This document shows, in pieces, positions 39,801-54,282 of a stretch of DNA of 64,000 nucleotides. The translations under genes were made by a program, and so were the position numbers. Under the pieces are notes generated by a model. That model searched no databases. It was not told the origin of the DNA and saw only the letters and a list, made by a program, of their open reading frames with translations. This DNA comes from Dictyostelium discoideum (taxonomy: Eukaryota), in NCBI GenBank assembly GCA_000004695.1, contig CM000152.2:4096001-4160000 (forward strand). The letters are read 5' to 3'. Each line of letters begins with the position of its first letter. The stretch's first letter is position 1.

Positions 39801-40537
39801 TGTGGCATGGGACACTGAGCCAAAGGTATTAATTAAAATACCATTTGCAGATCAAAATAATATTGATATTTATTTGGACGTAATTTTACCAAATGTTGTA
39901 AATCTTGCAGAGAAATCACCAAATCGTCAAATTAAAGTTGCAGCAGGTGAATTACTTCATTCAGTTTTGTTAATGATGATTGGTAATTCAGCAAATCAAT
40001 CACAGGCTAATCAAATATCGTATAGTAGATTATATAGAAAGATATTCCCATCATTAATTTGTTTATCGACAGATGTTGAACAAGTTACCAAACAATTATT
40101 TCAACCATTAGTTTTTCAAATGATTCATTGGTTCACTCGTAATAAGAAACAAGAGTCTGACGATACAATGAATTTATTGAATGCAATAGTTGATGCTGTT
40201 GGTAACCCATTGGATGGTGCAAGAAGAGATTTCGCAGGTCAATGTCTTTGTGAATTTGCAAAATGGTCTCTTAAAAATACTTCAGTTAAACAACAAGAAA
40301 AGAATGCTTTCAATTTCAAATCAATCTTAAAAAGAATCTATAGTCTTGCACATCATCCTGATCCTTATAAAAGATTAGGTGCTGCAATTTCTTTCAATCA
40401 ATTATATCGTATTTTCCGTGAAGAAGATTCATTAGTTGATCAATTCATTTTTGAAATTTTACATAATATATTTTTTAGTTTAAGAATTGGTGATGATTTA
40501 ACAAATACAAGTAGTAGTAAAAACAATAGTAATAGTA

Positions 40538-40568
<31 letters not shown>

Positions 40569-41977
40569 TAGTGAAGATGGTACAGAAGATTCAATTGTTG
40601 AAATTGCATCAAAATATTCAAATGTTTTAGCAGCATTAACAAAAGTTATAATTAAACGTGCTGATATGTTAAATAAACCATCAAATACTAGAAGAGAACA
40701 TAAAGATTTATCACAATTTGTACAGTGGGTATTCCAAAATGGTTGTAGTAGAACTGAGTCAATCGTTAGATATGAATCAATGATACTTTTCACACAATTG
40801 GTAACATTATTACCAAATATTAAAACACCATTACAATGGGTAAAAGAACGTATAAAATCTAATGGTATTCAATTCATTGTTTCAATTGCAGAACAACAAG
40901 GTGGTGGTGTTGGTGGTGGTAGTAGTAATGGTAATACAAGTTTAGGTAGAATTCCAAAGATTGAAATTGGTAAACATAAAGATATAGAATTTTGGTTTAG
41001 AAATTTATCAACAAGTTTAAATATTTATTTATGGTTCTTTTCAGAAGGTTTCTTTGAACCAATTCAAATTTTAACAAGTAGAGAATTTAAATCTTCATTA
41101 TTATCAAGTGCTTTTCATACTTTTACAACTCAATTTTCAATGTTAAATTTTAATTCAAATTTAAAAACAAACCAACAACAACAACAACAACAGGTATCAA
41201 TGTTTTCATCAATGACACCAAAAGAAATTGATCAATTTAATAGATTAAAATGTAATGTAATTACAAATTTATTTGGTTTATATATTTTATTATTAGAGAA
41301 ATATAAATTTGAACAAGTTATAGATTATGGTGGTGTTGCTTTTGTACAATTGTTGGTTAAATGTTTAATGGATCCACAATCAGTTGGATTTGTAAATAAT
41401 TATTTAGAAGAGAGAGAAGTTGAACTTTCAAAATCATCACGTCAAGATATTCGTAATTTAATGTCTCGTACTTTTAAATTCCCACCACTTTTAGAAATTA
41501 TTAATAATATTATAAAATTATTAATTCAAATTAAGCCAAAATATAATGATATATTACATAAAGAATTAATGGAATATATATTACCAAATAATAGTAACAA
41601 CAATAATAATAGTAGTAGTAGTGGTAATAACAAATCAATGTTTAGTTTAATTGATATTAGACAATTAATTAATACAGAAGGTACAGATAGGTTAATTCAT
41701 TTAATTCATTCATATCAAATACTTTATAAATATAATTTATTGGATTCAATATTATTAGAGAATTATAATGAACAATCTGAACAAGGTATTCAAGATTTAC
41801 CAAAATCTTCACTTGAATTTAGTGAATTTATCTTTGATTATTTATTTAATAATTGTGAGAATTTATCACCTTCAAAATTATTAATTTCAAAAGAATTAAT
41901 TCAATTGGCTTTAACAATTGGTATTAAACCAATTAAATTATTATCTTTAATAATTAATCCAAATGTACAAAATACAA

Positions 41978-42011
<34 letters not shown>

Positions 42012-45000
42012 TACAACCACAACAACAACAAGCACTAATAATAATAATGATAATAATAATGAATTTATTAAAGATATTCATGATATTTTTTATAAAACAT
42101 TATTTACAGAAATTAATAATTATATTTCAAATAATTTTCAATTGTTTTTACCATTGTTGGCAAATAGAATTATTGAAACTAATCAAATTCATAAGGTTTT
42201 AAATGATGTATGTATAATGAAGCAACAACAACAACCAAATCGTGGATTTAAAGATATTATTGAATCAATTGTATTATTCTTAAATTCAATTTCAGAATGG
42301 ACATTAAATTCAAATTTGAAATTAGTTGAAAAAGAAAATATCATTGAATTTACAAAGAACCTTATAAAGATTGATCCAATACAATTCTTTGAAAATAAGC
42401 ATTGTTATGAATTTGTTTATAATATAATAACAAATTATTTATGTCGTTCAAATCCTTTAACATTTAAAAATAAGGTATTGGTATTATTACCTTATTTATT
42501 ATCTTATCCAAAACATAATAATTTTGATTTAGTAAGTACAATTATTTAATTTTTTTTTGTTTCATTTTTAAAATAATTATTTATTTTAATCGTACACTAA
42601 CTTTTAATTTTTTTTTTTTTTTTTTTTTTAAATAAAAATATACCAGATAAAACAAAAATTAAATGAAATTGTTGTTTATGATTTCCCATTAAATTCAAAA
42701 GATTTAACAGTTAAATCACCAATTTATAATGAATATATTACATGTATAGAAAGATTATTAGAGACATTTGAACTTACAAAGAATCCATTAGTAATTGATA
42801 CATTATTACATGTTTTAAAAGAAACTGATCATACACATATTAATTATATTAATTTATCAATTGAAAGATCAATTTTATCAACAAATGATATTGAAGCAAA
42901 AGAAATATTTAGTCATTGTTTTGAGTAAGTTTTTAAACAAACTTTTAATTTTATATTATAATTATTATTTAATTTATTAACTCTTTTTTTTTTTTTTTTT
43001 TTTTTTAATAGATTATTTTTAAATCATTATGATGAATTAAAAATTACATTAATTGATAAATTTTGTGTACCATTAATTAGTCATATGAAAGAGAATATAT
43101 TAGTTCAAATTTTTAGTCAACATTTAAGTTCTTTAATGTCAATTATTCAACCATTGCAACCAAAATATTTATCAGATTCACAAGAAAGAAAATCATCAAT
43201 TATTGAAAAGATTTGTTGTTTCCATTTAATTGAAGCATTATATCAATCATTACCATCAGCAATTATAAAGGAGAAAATTAATCCATTCTTTTATGATAAA
43301 CCAGATGGTAAAGGTACAGAGTTGACAGCAGCCATTATGAAAGCAGCCCATTCTGCAAAATCAGAGAAATTAACATCCGATGATAAATATGTTACAAGAT
43401 CATTATGTACTAAGTATCATGGTGCTGCTTTTAGTGCATTGGCAAGTGTTATAGTTTCAACTCAAACTAAAGAAAACTTTTTCCATGTTTTCTTCTTTAA
43501 AGAGAATAAAGATAAAAATGAATACCTTTGGGAGAACATTATCGATACTGATCAAGTTTTTAACTTTCAACCAGAGACTAATTTCCTTGTTTCCTACAGT
43601 ACCCCTCAATCATTATTTGCAAATGATTTAAGATATCTTTCAAGTCAATATTTAGTTGATAGTAGTTTAAGTCAAGATTTTATTGCTAAAAACTTTTTAG
43701 AAGGTGATAATAATTCAACAACAAATAATAATAATGGTGATGATGGTATTATAATGCAAGGTCAGTCGCAAAGTGGTGATAATGAAAATCAAATATCAAA
43801 TGATATAGAAATTGATCAAGTTAATTCAAATCCATCAATGATTGCAATGTTAAAAATTATTGATTTCTATCAAAAGAAATTTGTAGTCACACCACCATCT
43901 TCAATATTATTTGGACAACAATCACAACAACCAAAACCAACAGTTGGAGATATGCCAAAATGGATGTTTGAAATTTATCAAAAACTTCAACAAGGTGTTC
44001 ATCCAAATATTGTAATTTTTATGATAAAAATCATTATCAATAGACCACAATACTTTGAAAGATTTCATGAACTTTGGATACCAATTCTAATGGATTATGT
44101 AGTTTCAGAGGGTAATGGTGGTAATGGATTACATTACTTTGTACGTGATGTTTGTTTTATTTTATTGAAATGGCCAAATATTTATAAATCTCAAGATGGT
44201 GGTGGCGGCACTACATTAGAAAAACATCTTTCAAAGTTTGTAAATCATTTAATGAAGAATACCTATTGTACCGATAGAAGAATTTTAAAGAGTAATTTAA
44301 ATATTGTGAAATCATTTGTTGAAAGGTGGAAATCACTTTTCAAAGTTGATAAATCAATCATTTTAGAGTTATTATCAACAAAAGGTGATTTCAAGAGTAA
44401 AAGTAGACAAATTAAAACAACTGGTTTAGTATTATTATCAATTTTATTAAGTAATGGTTATCCTGCATATGATAAAGAATATGATTCAAATACCATTAGT
44501 GAATTTAAATTTTATCAAGTTTTATTAGATCATTTACAAGATTTTAAAGAACTTTATGATGCTGCATCTGAAGTTTGTGGTATGATTTTATTATATCTTT
44601 CAAAGCAACAACAATCACAACAACAACAACAACAATCAATATTCCCACAATTATTAAAAGATAAAATTAATTCAATATTAAATAATAATGAAAATCAAAG
44701 AGCATTTAGTTGTCTTTATTTTATTGGTTTACATTATCCATTATTTTTACAAGGATTTTATGGTAAAATATTTAATTTATTACCACAAATTTCAAATGAA
44801 ACTAGATTGATTGCATTAAATATCATTCATTGGTGTGTTGAAGATATTCAAGATCTTTATACGAAATTGAAATCAAATAATATTGAAAATTTAATTAGAA
44901 TTAGAGAAGGTGAGATTCAAGTGGTAATCTTAAGAATTCTTTATAAATTGGTTCAAAAAAGAGATACTACTTTTGGTACTGTAAATCAAATTCTATCATT

Positions 45001-48000
45001 ATTACTCTCGAATAATTGGTTCACTTCAAATGTTACTAATGAATATAGTCGTTCGCTATATTATGATATAATCATTTATATCTATAATAACTTTATTGAA
45101 TATCAAGATCAATCAAATGAAAATAGTAAAGATTTAGTATTATCATTATTGATTGGGTTATCAGACGAAAGTGATTCAATCAATAAGAAACTTTTACAAT
45201 TTTGGGATAATAATAGTAAAACTTTATCAGCATCGAGTAATCAAAGATTACAACAATTCTTTGATATTATGTATTCACCAGAGACTGAATCGAAATGGGT
45301 TGCAAATAGTTGTTGTCTCTTATTCCAATTATGTAATAGATCAAGTGATTTCACTAAATTACTTTTCGATAAACCATTAAGTGAATGTACATTCAAAGAG
45401 GTACAAGTCGATTCTTCTTGGCAACATAGAACTTTAAATATGAATCCATTATTTAGTTCTTCTCAATATGGTATTGATGATGCTACTACCGATGAATCAA
45501 ATGGTGATTCTATGCAATTGGATGAAATTAGAGCAACTCAAGCTCCAAATTTTACATTAACTCAAACTGCATTTAGTGAATTTTATCCATCATCTTCACA
45601 ATCTTATGGTGGAACTAATAATAATACAGGTAGTAGTCAATTATCATCATCATCATCATCAAGTGGTAGTCAAAGTAGTAGTCAAAATAATTCATCTTCA
45701 AAAAGAAAACAAAAAATTACAAATGATCCAAAATTAATTAATAATTCTGAATTAAGAAGAAGATTTAAAAAGATTGATGATCGTGGTGCAGATGAAAGAA
45801 TTGTAAAATTTGCAAGATTACAAGTTAAAAGAAATATTGAAAGAGAAGCATACTTTGAAAAGAGTAAACAAGCACGTGAAAATCAAATTACAATGATTAG
45901 GAAGTATAGAGTTGGTGAATTACCTGATATTCAAATTAAATTACAAGATATTATTAAACCATTACAATTATTATGTCAACGTGATTCAACTATTGGTGTT
46001 AATGTATTCTCGTCATTGTTTACTGCTTTATATAAAAATACACCAAAAGAAAGTATTAGAACATTCCAATGTAATATTAAGAAATTAATTGATTCAATTG
46101 TTGAAAGATGTAAATTTAATTCAACCCTTGTCTCATCGATATTGAATATCTCTGAAAAGAATTTAGAATTTTCACCTGAATTTTCAAAGATTAAAGATAT
46201 CTCTTTAAATTCAAATAATCATCCAATGGCAATCATACTTTGTGAGAAATTAATATTATCATTACAAAATACAACTAAAGCATCAACAACTAATCAAGCA
46301 CAAAAGTTACAACAACAACAGCAATTGAATCAAGGTTGGGATAGTTTAAGAGAATTATATAAATCATTGAAAGAGGATGATATTATCATGGGTTTAATTG
46401 AAAAACAAATGGGTGGTGATATACCATATACTAAAAAAGCATTGGAATTTGAATTAAAAGGTGATTGGGTTAATGTTTTAAAGGTATATGATGAAGCAAC
46501 TTCTAAATTAGAGAGTGGTGAATTGAATCAGTATCAAGGTAATCTCTCAGAGAGTGAAACTGCGTTATGGGAGAATGGTCGTTTAGAATGTTTTACAAAA
46601 CTTTGTAATTGGTCAGCATTAAAAGATAATTTCAATAGTTATTATCCAAACCCAAATCAAATATTTAAAGAAAAGAATTGTGATTTACTTTTAAGCTATT
46701 TCTTTGAATTCAATTTAAAGGTTAAAGAGAATTGGAATTATTTATATCAATTCATTGCTGATTTGGCAAATACTAAACAATATCAATATTTAGAGAATAA
46801 ATTCCCTGGTGAACTTGCATTCTTGGAGGTAACAAGATCCGATCATAATAAAGCTTCCTATTATGTTTCAAAGTTTTATCAAGCCTTTAAACATCAATGG
46901 TCATCATCTCATCCATTAGCAATTGAATCACGTCATAGAATCTTACAACCACTTCAAAAGATTGTAGAGGTTGAAGAATTTTTAAATTTAACTTCAACTC
47001 CAATCATTAATACTTTAAAATTGGATACCCTATTAACTCAATGGAAGAGTAGATTCCCAACTAAATTAGATGATATCATGGTTTGGGATGATTTAATCTT
47101 TTATCGTTCAGTTTTATTAGAAAAGATTTATGAAAGATTCTCAAGTTTTACCTCTGATAAAAGTTCCGATGAAAAGGTTAAATCAACTTTAATTCAAGAA
47201 AGAGCTATACTCTATCATAAAATGTCAAAAGGTGCACGTAAATTAGGTAATATTGTTGTATCAGAGATTTATTTCCGTCAAGCAGTTAAATCATACCCAA
47301 AAACAAAGGATAATGATTTAGCTTTCCCTTTGGTAACTTCATTGATTGATATCTATTGTACAAAAGCTAGAAATTCACCATCACCAATTGAAACTTTAGA
47401 TAGATTTGTAAAGGCTTTGAAATTTATTGAATCAAAAAAAGATGAAGAATCAATTATAAATTCAAATGAAAATCTTCAAAAATATTTAATGATGCATGGT
47501 GATATCTTTTGGGATATTTATCAATTAGATAAGAAATTAGGTTCAACATTAGTAATTGATTCTTTTAAAAAGAATTCTTTACCAATTAATTTAACTTCAA
47601 TTCCAATTAATTCATTAAAAGATGAATTATTTAATTCAACTTTTAAATGTTATAGTGAATCAATTAAATTACATCAAAAATCAACAAATTTATTAAATAC
47701 AACATCATCATCACCTTCTTTAAGTATTTCTTCTTCTTCTTCTCCTTATTCCTCTACTTCTTCCTCTTCACAACCAAAATTATCAAATGAAATTTTAATT
47801 GAAAAAACAAAGACAAAGAGTGCTCATTTGAAATTTGCAAACTTTTGTGATAATATATTAAAGGATAAAATTTCTCAACAAACAACACCAACACAATTTA
47901 ATGAAGAAGTTATTGATTTAGCAACATCAGTTATAGTTTCAACATTAGAGGCAATTAAAGAAGAGATACCAGGTTCAGTTGATAAATTCCCAAGATTATT

Positions 48001-49996
48001 AGAAATTTTAACACAATTTGAACAATACTCTGTGATTGCACGTGAATTTAAATCTAGAGTATCAACAATACCATGTTGGATGTTTATTAGATGGATTAGT
48101 CAAATGTTCCCATATTTAGATTTACCACAAGGTCCTTTGATTTTACCAATACTCTTGGAGATTGCAAAATGGTATCCACAAGCAATTTATTTCCCTTTCA
48201 AAATTAGTAGTGAACAATTTGGACCATTGGCAAAGAAAATATCAGCACCATTGGAAAAGGAATTAATTAATCCACTATTGGATACTTTAGTTATTGAATT
48301 CCAACGTTTAACTCATCCAGAACATCGTTTCAAAGATTATATGGAAGAGATGAAATCATTAATTAAAGCAACTCCAAAAGATTTAAATGCAATTGCAAAA
48401 TTAAATAATGAAATCTATGATGACTCTTTTAATCCATCAACAGTTTCAGGTGATTATAATTTAAAATTTGCCAAAGAACATGAAGCTTCCTATTTATCAA
48501 ATTTTGGTAAAGATTCAACTAAATTAGCACGTATGGATCAAAAGAAATTCTTGGAGATTTTTGCTGAAATGTCTGGTAATATGAATAAAAATATGAAACC
48601 AAATTCAACTGCCTCTATGAAATTAAAGGATTTCAGTGGTTGGTTAGCTGATTTCGATCGTTCAAACTATCAAACTTCACATCAAATGGAAATACCTGGA
48701 CAATATGATGGAATTGGTAAACCACAACCAGAAACTCATGTAACCATCTCATCATTCGATACCAATGTTTTGGTGATGGGTTCATTACGTAAACCAAAAC
48801 GTGTAAAGATACATGGTAATGATGAACTAGATTATCCTTTCTTAATTAAAGGTGGTGAAGATCTACGTTTAGATCAAAGAATTCAACAATTGTTTGGAAT
48901 TATGAATGAAATTTTAAAACGTGATACAGCATGCAATAAACGGTCACTCAATGTTACAACCTATCAAGTTGTACCAATGACAAGTAAAGTTGGTATCATT
49001 GAATGGTTAAATGACACTAAACCACTTAGAGAGATATTGGAGGAACAATTAGCACATCAATTAAAAACACCTCGTTCAAATGTTTCAATATCAAAATTGG
49101 AATCAACAAAATATCATAATGATTGGATAAACTCTTTTGCAAAATATTTGAAACCAAATTCACCAGTGGGTCCATTATATCAACAAATGTTTATTCATGC
49201 CACTCGTGATGATTGTGCAAAGAAATTGGAGAAACAACACTCTAAAGTTCCTGAAAATCTTTTACAAAATGGTATTTGGTCACTTTCATCATCTCCAGAG
49301 AGTTATCTTTTCATTAGAAATTCATTTGCACGTTCATTGGCATCATTCTCTGTTTGTTCCTATGTCATTGGAATTGGTGATCGTCATTTGGAGAACTTTT
49401 TAATCTCTCAAAGAGATGGTCGTTTAATTGGTATTGATTTTGGTCATGCTTTTGGTACTGCAACTCAATTCCTTCCAATTCCAGAGTTAATGCCTTTCCG
49501 TTTAACTCGTCAATTCACTAGTTTCCTAAGACCATTGGATTCAGTTGGTTTACTCAATCACAATATGACCTATACTTTAACGGCATTACAAAATCAAAAA
49601 GAAATCCTCTTAACAACTATGGATGTTTTCGTTAAAGAACCACTTTTAGATTGGAGCAAACTTGCTACTCGTTTAGTAAAAGAACAAGGAAAACATCCAA
49701 AAGATACTAAAAATGTTTGGTTCCCAAAACAAAAGATTCAAATTGCAAAGAAGAAATTAGAATTGGTCAATCCTGCCTATATAACTTTAGAAGAGTTATC
49801 AGGCTCGGTTCATTCTGGTCTCCCATATGAAAAAGCTCTCTCTGAAATTATTAAAGGTGATCCAAAACATAATATTAGAGCAAAAGTTAATAAAGTATGT
49901 TCTTCTGTTAAAGAGCAAATAGATTGTTTAATAGATCAATCAACTGATCCAAATATCCTTTCAAGAGCTTGGGTCGGTTGGAATGGTGCTTTATAG
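36807..49996 (+). CDS. dnapkcs: DNA-dependent protein kinase catalytic subunit (DNA-PKcs, PIKK family). Plus-strand join(36807..38062, 38151..42531, 42647..42924, 43012..49996) sums to 12900 nt, which is 4299 codons plus a stop.
   Basis: The C-terminal PI3K-like kinase domain has the active-site motifs GIGDRHLENF and IDFGHAF. DNA-PKcs-specific strings are present: FLPIPELMPFRLTRQF, MDVFVKEPLLDW, NVWFPKQKIQIAKKKL, and the FATC tail DPNILSRAWVGWNGAL* (compare human DPNILGRTWEGWEPWM). The three introns have gtaagt donors and all phases check. The total length equals my recollection of Dictyostelium DNA-PKcs at 4299 aa. Confidence 0.85.
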
Positions 49997-51204
49997 AAAA
50001 AAAAAAAAAAATTAAAAAAAAAAAAAGATAAAAATAAATTTAGTTTGAATAATAATAATAAATAAAAAAAATAATTAAAAATAATTAAAAATAATTAAAA
50101 ATAATTTTTAAGATTGATCTAAAGGTTTTTTAAGATTTAGTACACAAAATATTACAACTTTTATCTATTCAAATAAAAAATAAAAAAATCATTAGATATA
50201 GAAGTTGAGTTTCAAATATTCTAAAAACCAATAAATCTAAAAACCAATTTAAAAACGAATTAAAAAAAATAGATAAAAAAAAAAAACAAAGTAAACAAAA
50301 AATAATTATTGTTATAATAAATTTTTAAAAATATTGCGACATCATCACCACATTAAAATATTATCAAATGATTAATTTAGTCTGGTAGTTTATTTTTGAA
50401 TTATTATTTTTAGAAATGTAAATTGTGTGTGTGTTTAGTTGTGTGTTTTAATAATGGTGGATAAATTTTTTTTTTTTTTTTTTTTTATTTTATATATTTA
50501 ATCAAATAACCTTTCAAATAAAGAATTCAATGCTATTTTTATAATGAGATTGTCAATCTCAATGATTATTCATTTCAAAAAAAAAAAAAAAAAAAAAAAA
50601 AATACACCAATCACCATTTTTATGTATGTATATATTTATATATATTAACAATTAATTGTATTTTTTTATTTTATAATAATGATTTTGTTATCATTTGATT
50701 TAATTATATTAAAAATTATTAATTTTTTTTTTTATTTTTAAATTCTATCATGGGTATAAATAACCTTTGAATTGTTTTTTTTTCAATTAAATCATAAAAC
50801 AAATAAATGACTTTACTCAGTATGTTTATAGATTAATAGGTTATTAAAATTATTATATTAATTAATATTTCTAATTGATTGTTTTATTTTATTTTTTAAA
50901 ATAGAAAGCTTAAGATCTCTTTTCAGTCCAGCATCCTCAAACACAAACAAAATTAATGAGAGTATTGCTACTCAGAGCGTTTCGAATGCTTCCCAATCCA
51001 AAAACACCTTTGCTGTAATGTCTGGAGAAGAGTATAAGAGATCAGTTGGTTGCTATGGCTAATTTCTATTTCATTCGATGAAATATATTTGTTGTATCAC
51101 CACCCATTTTTTAAAATTATTTTTAACAAATGATATAAATATATATCAAAAAGAAAAAAAAAAAAAACTATATATAGGAAAAATAAAAATAAATTAAATT
51201 ATTG

Positions 51205-51242
<38 letters not shown>

Positions 51243-51504
51243 TGTGATGAATACAAAATTAACAATTGGTAAAAATGATACAATCACTAATAATTTTTAT
51301 TATTTATAAAATATGTATTTATTTATTTACATTATACCTGTTCTGATTATTTATTGTTATTATTATTACTGTCATTGGTCTTTTTTTTTTTTTTTTTTTT
51401 TTAATTATTTTGTGGATGGAAGGAGTGGTTTTTGTATAGATGTGTCATTATGGTGTGTTTGTTGGTTGATATATATTTTACTATTTTTATTTTATTTTAT
51501 TTTT

Positions 51505-52552
51505 TTAATTATCTTCAGTTTCTTGTTCGAGATCAGTTTCTTTAATGAAAGCATCTAATTCTGCTGCAGTAAAAATATGATAAACAACATTGTCACCTTG
51601 TTTAGTGAAATAAGAGAATTCTAATTTTTCACTGTTGATATTTGAACGATCCATAGTTTTTGTTAAAACTTTGAGAGCCAATTGAAGGGCTTCTTTTAAT
51701 GAAATATCTGGTTTATAATTTGATCTTAAAACTGATTGTGCAACCTAAAAATAAAAAGAAAAATAAATAAAAATAAAAAATAATAATAATAATATATTAA
51801 TATTAATGTTATGACATATATATTAATATTATTTATAATTTTAAAATTCTTATAATTAAGAATAAGAATAATTTTTACATACTTGACTATTTTCACCACC
51901 AATTGAGGTAGCTTTCCAACCAGCAAAATTACCAGAAGGATCAGATTGATATAATTGGAAACCATAATGACGATCCCAACCAGCATAAAGGAATGAGACA
52001 CCAAATGGACGTAAACCACCATATTGAGTGTAACCTTGTTTTGTATCACAAATTTGAGAGACCAATTGTTCGACTGGCATTGGTTCTTGATATTGATAAA
52101 AGAAACGTTGTGATGATAATCTTGCATAATTGATTAAAATGTTGGCATCGGATGTGATACCAGCGACTGCACAAACAACATGTTCATCAATCTTAAACAT
52201 CTTTTCAGAGATTGATGTTGATGAATCTAAAAGTTTTGCTGTGGTCTTTTTCTCTGCTGCTAAAACAATACCATCTTTTGCTAAAATACCAACTGTTGCA
52301 CCTGCATGTCTAATTGCTGTCATTGCATATTCTACTTGATAAACACGACCTTCTGGTGAAAAAATTGTTGTTCTTTGATCATATCTTCTTGCCTATTTTT
52401 TATAAATATATTTAAAAAATTTTTATTTAAATTTTAATTAATAAATTAAAAATTTTTTTTTTTTTTTTTTTTTTTTAATAATTATCATAATAACAATTAA
52501 TATTAATAATAATAATAATAATAGTAATAATAATAATAATAATTCATACCAT
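51505..52552 (-). CDS. psmA4: Proteasome subunit alpha type-4 (alpha-3, PSMA4 ortholog). Minus-strand join(51505..51744, 51883..52392, 52550..52552), about 250 aa. The first coding exon is the ATG alone.
   Basis: The protein M|[49 protein letters not shown]...[14 protein letters not shown]...[70 protein letters not shown]|[32 protein letters not shown]... is about 65% identical to human PSMA4. Exon 2 opens with the acceptor aaaatag|gca, so the start codon comes from aaaATG|gtatga at 52550..52552. The second intron has donor caa|gtatgt and acceptor ttttag. Confidence 0.8.
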
Positions 52553-52917
52553 TTTGTGATTATATATATATTAAGTGAAAAAAAATAAAAGAACAATATA
52601 AAATTAATAAATTGAAAAAAAAAAAAAATGAAAAAAAAAAAAAAAAATTTGATGTGTATGTTCACAAAAAAAAAAAAAAAAAAATTAATTAAAAAAAAAA
52701 AAATTAAAAAAATTAAAATTTTTTTTTTTTTAAAAAAAAATAATAAAAAAAAAATAATAAAAATAAAACAAAAATTAATTTTTGATCAATAAATATTTTT
52801 TTTTTTTTTTTTTTTCTTAAATAATTAGTTTTTAACCATTTTAGGTAATAAAACAATTAATATTGATGATTTTTTTATTTATTTATTTATTTTTTAAAAT
52901 TTTAAATTTAGATTTAT

Positions 52918-53239
52918 TTATTTATTTTTTCTTCCAAAAAGTTTAATTTCTTGTTTTTTCTTATCTAATAAATCATATCTATCTTGAAGTTCTTTTAAAA
53001 GTTTATCTTTTTTCTCTTGTTCAGAATTTGCTGTTTCTGCTGGTTTATTTTTGAAATCAATAGTTGGTGCTTCAATAATTTGTTTAACTTTGTCAACTTT
53101 TTTAAAATATGGAATATTAAATAATTTACAACCTCTTTCTGATTTTAAAAACCAATTAGTAAATGCAAAAATCATTGAATTAACTGCCCAATAAATATTT
53201 AAACTCTAAAAAATAAAAAAAAATAAAGTTAATAATTAT

Positions 53240-53274
<35 letters not shown>

Positions 53275-54246
53275 CATTACAGCAGCAAAATGAATAGTAA
53301 AAACTAAAGGTAAAAAACAAAAAGAAGTCATAATAGTTTTCATCATTGGACTAGTATCATCAGTCATTGAGAAACGAACGGAACCATATTGGAAAATTGA
53401 AGATACTAATGGTAAAATATAATATGGATCGGCCATAGAGAGATTCTTAAACCAAAGGGCACCAGCATCAACGAGTAGATTTGTATCACCACTTAATTGA
53501 CGTAAGAAAATGAATGGATAAATGATGAATGGCATTTGAAGCATGTTTAAACCAAGTGTTTTCATTGGTGAGGTGTCATGTTTTGCAAATGATTTTTTTT
53601 GGAGTTCTGCAATTTTGATTCTACCCTCTTGAGTACCATCATTGAGGTAGGAGTGTTTCTCCATATCCTGTTTAACCAATCTCATTTTAGCAGCATCTCT
53701 TTGATTTCTAATTGCTAATGGTAATGTTAAAACACGAATTGCAATTGCTGTACCAACGAAAATGCTAACCCATGGTAACCCATATTGTACATGAAGTTCA
53801 TTAAGTTTTGCAATTAAGTCGAAATTAAATTGATGTGACCATTCTGTAATTGTGAATGCGTCTGGTCCCATTGTTGGTTTTAAAATATAACTTGGTAAAA
53901 CTTTATTACTAATTGTATCAGTTATAACCTCTGTTGTTGTTGTTGATGCTGATGATGATGATGCTGTTGATGAGAAATCACTAATTGGTGTATTTATATC
54001 AGTATCAACATTATTATTATTATTACTATTATTATTATTATTTTCAGTTGAGAAGAATCTTTTATTAAAATTTTTAATATTATTTTCTAAGAAATTTGAT
54101 TTTGAAAAAGTTGGTAAAATTTTTGATGTTGATGATAATGATTGTGATGATGAAAATAATATTGGTGATACAGTAGTTGTTGAAAAACTTTTTATAAATA
54201 ATTTTTTATTCATTCCATTTATTGGAACTCTTTTTAAAGCATTAAT

Positions 54247-54249
<3 letters not shown>
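52918..54249 (-). CDS. Mitochondrial inner-membrane insertase OXA1/YidC family. Minus-strand join(52918..53205, 53281..54249), about 418 aa, with a presequence-like N-terminus MINALKRVPINGMNKKLFIKSFS.
   Basis: The core reads LPWVSIFVGTAIAIRVLTLPLAIRNQRDAAKM...MADPYYILPLVSSIFQY...CFLPLVFTIHFAA|SLNIYWAVNSMIFAFTNWFLKS, typical of Oxa1/Cox18 (human PIYILPLAVTATMW..., [20 protein letters not shown]). The intron is gct gct|gtaatg ... ttttttag in phase 0. Confidence 0.75.
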
Positions 54250-54282
<33 letters not shown>

